From Chiloscyllium plagiosum (lineage: Eukaryota): a stretch of DNA of 64,000 nucleotides. The notes beneath the pieces were generated by a model. That model worked only from the letters and a program-made list of their open reading frames with translations, ran no database searches and had not been told where the DNA came from. This document shows, in pieces, positions 63,106 to 64,000 of this stretch. The stretch covers positions 2,907,269 through 2,971,268 of the forward strand of contig NC_057759.1 of assembly GCF_004010195.1 (NCBI RefSeq). Reading direction: 5' to 3'. The translations under genes were made by a program, and so were the position numbers. Numbering within the stretch: position 1 is the first letter of the stretch; each line of letters begins with the position of its first letter.

Positions 63106-64000
63106 ATTAAAGTTCATTTCTGCCTGTTGGACATGGGCATCATTGGCTGGGCGCATCGTTTATTGTTCCCGTCCCTAGTTGCCCCCTTGCAAAAATGCTG
63201 TTAATCTGCCTTCATGAATCATTGCAGTCCACATGCTATTGGTATACTCACAATGCCCTTTGGGAGGAAATTTTAGGATTTTCAACATTGAAGGAATGGC
63301 CGATATATTTGCAAATCAGCATGGTTAGTGGTTTGGAGGGGAACTTGCAGGGGGTGGTGTTCTCAAATATTTGCCGACCGTGTCCTAACAGATGGAAGTG
63401 ATTGTATGTTTGGAAGGTTCTGCCGAAGGATTTTTTGTGAACTTTTGCAAAGCATCTTGTAGATGGTGCACACTGCTGCGAATGATCATTGATGGTAGAC
63501 CGAGTAGAGGTTTGTGAATGTGGTTTAAATCATGTGGGGGCTGCTTTGTCCCTGGAAGGCGCCGAGCTTCTCGAGTGTCATTGGAACTGCATCCAACCAG
63601 TTAAGTGAGGAATATTCCCTCACACTCCTGGCTTGTGCCTTGTCGATGGTGGGCAGTCTTTGGTGAGGAGAAAATCTGATCAATTGGCCGAGAGCAGTTT
63701 TTGCATTGGGCAGAAACAGCAAATTCATGCACTGCGGTGAAGAGTGAAAGATTTCGCTAGAAGTTTTACTTATTAGAAATGACTAATATTGTTGTTCTAC
63801 AGGCCAATCCCCAGAGATTGTCATATCTAATTCTAGGGATGGAGTCATCAAAAAAGGGAGTAATTCACTCTGAAGGTCAGTGCAACAGCAGATTCCTCAA
63901 GGTTGGCTGTTACAAGAATAACTATTACAAGGTTAATGTTAACTACTTTTGAAGAAGCGCTGACAATAAAAGTGGAGGCTCTTACCAGTGTCAAATTGGG

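Larger units (their letters stand above)
56188..63500. repeat. Direct segmental duplication, copy 2 (partner 6112-13130)
   Basis: Colinear; visibly more diverged than the inverted pair. Confidence 0.9.

Overview
Repeat-rich vertebrate genomic DNA with 8 N-gaps. It is most likely shark or other elasmobranch, inferred from HE1-type and SacSINE1-type SINEs, CR1 LINEs with an esterase ORF1, and Penelope-like elements; these families were recognised by eye, not by database search. Most entries in the ORF track are noise. The supportable content is as follows. (1) A multi-exon Ig-superfamily receptor gene on the minus strand (21608-30249), assembled from short exons the ORF track mostly misses. It has an Ig domain, a TM exon and a tail with ITIM-consensus motifs LEYAVV, LVYSEV and ITYATL plus NVYMNI, and it carries two apparent splice-site lesions. 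A convergent paralog has its terminal exon at 1471-1590, inside a ~5 kb inverted duplication. (2) A decaying C2H2 zinc-finger gene with a CRE/ETS promoter. (3) A small replication-dependent histone group: H4 with V86A, a 5'-truncated H3, and H2A. (4) Two large Penelope-like retroelements and many short derivatives with minimal hammerhead motifs and target-site duplications; one large element contains an inverted H4 5' fragment. (5) Two near full-length CR1 LINEs, a ~7 kb direct segmental duplication, a 17/34-bp minisatellite and a degenerate telomere-like tract. Repeat boundaries are approximate unless a TSD is given.
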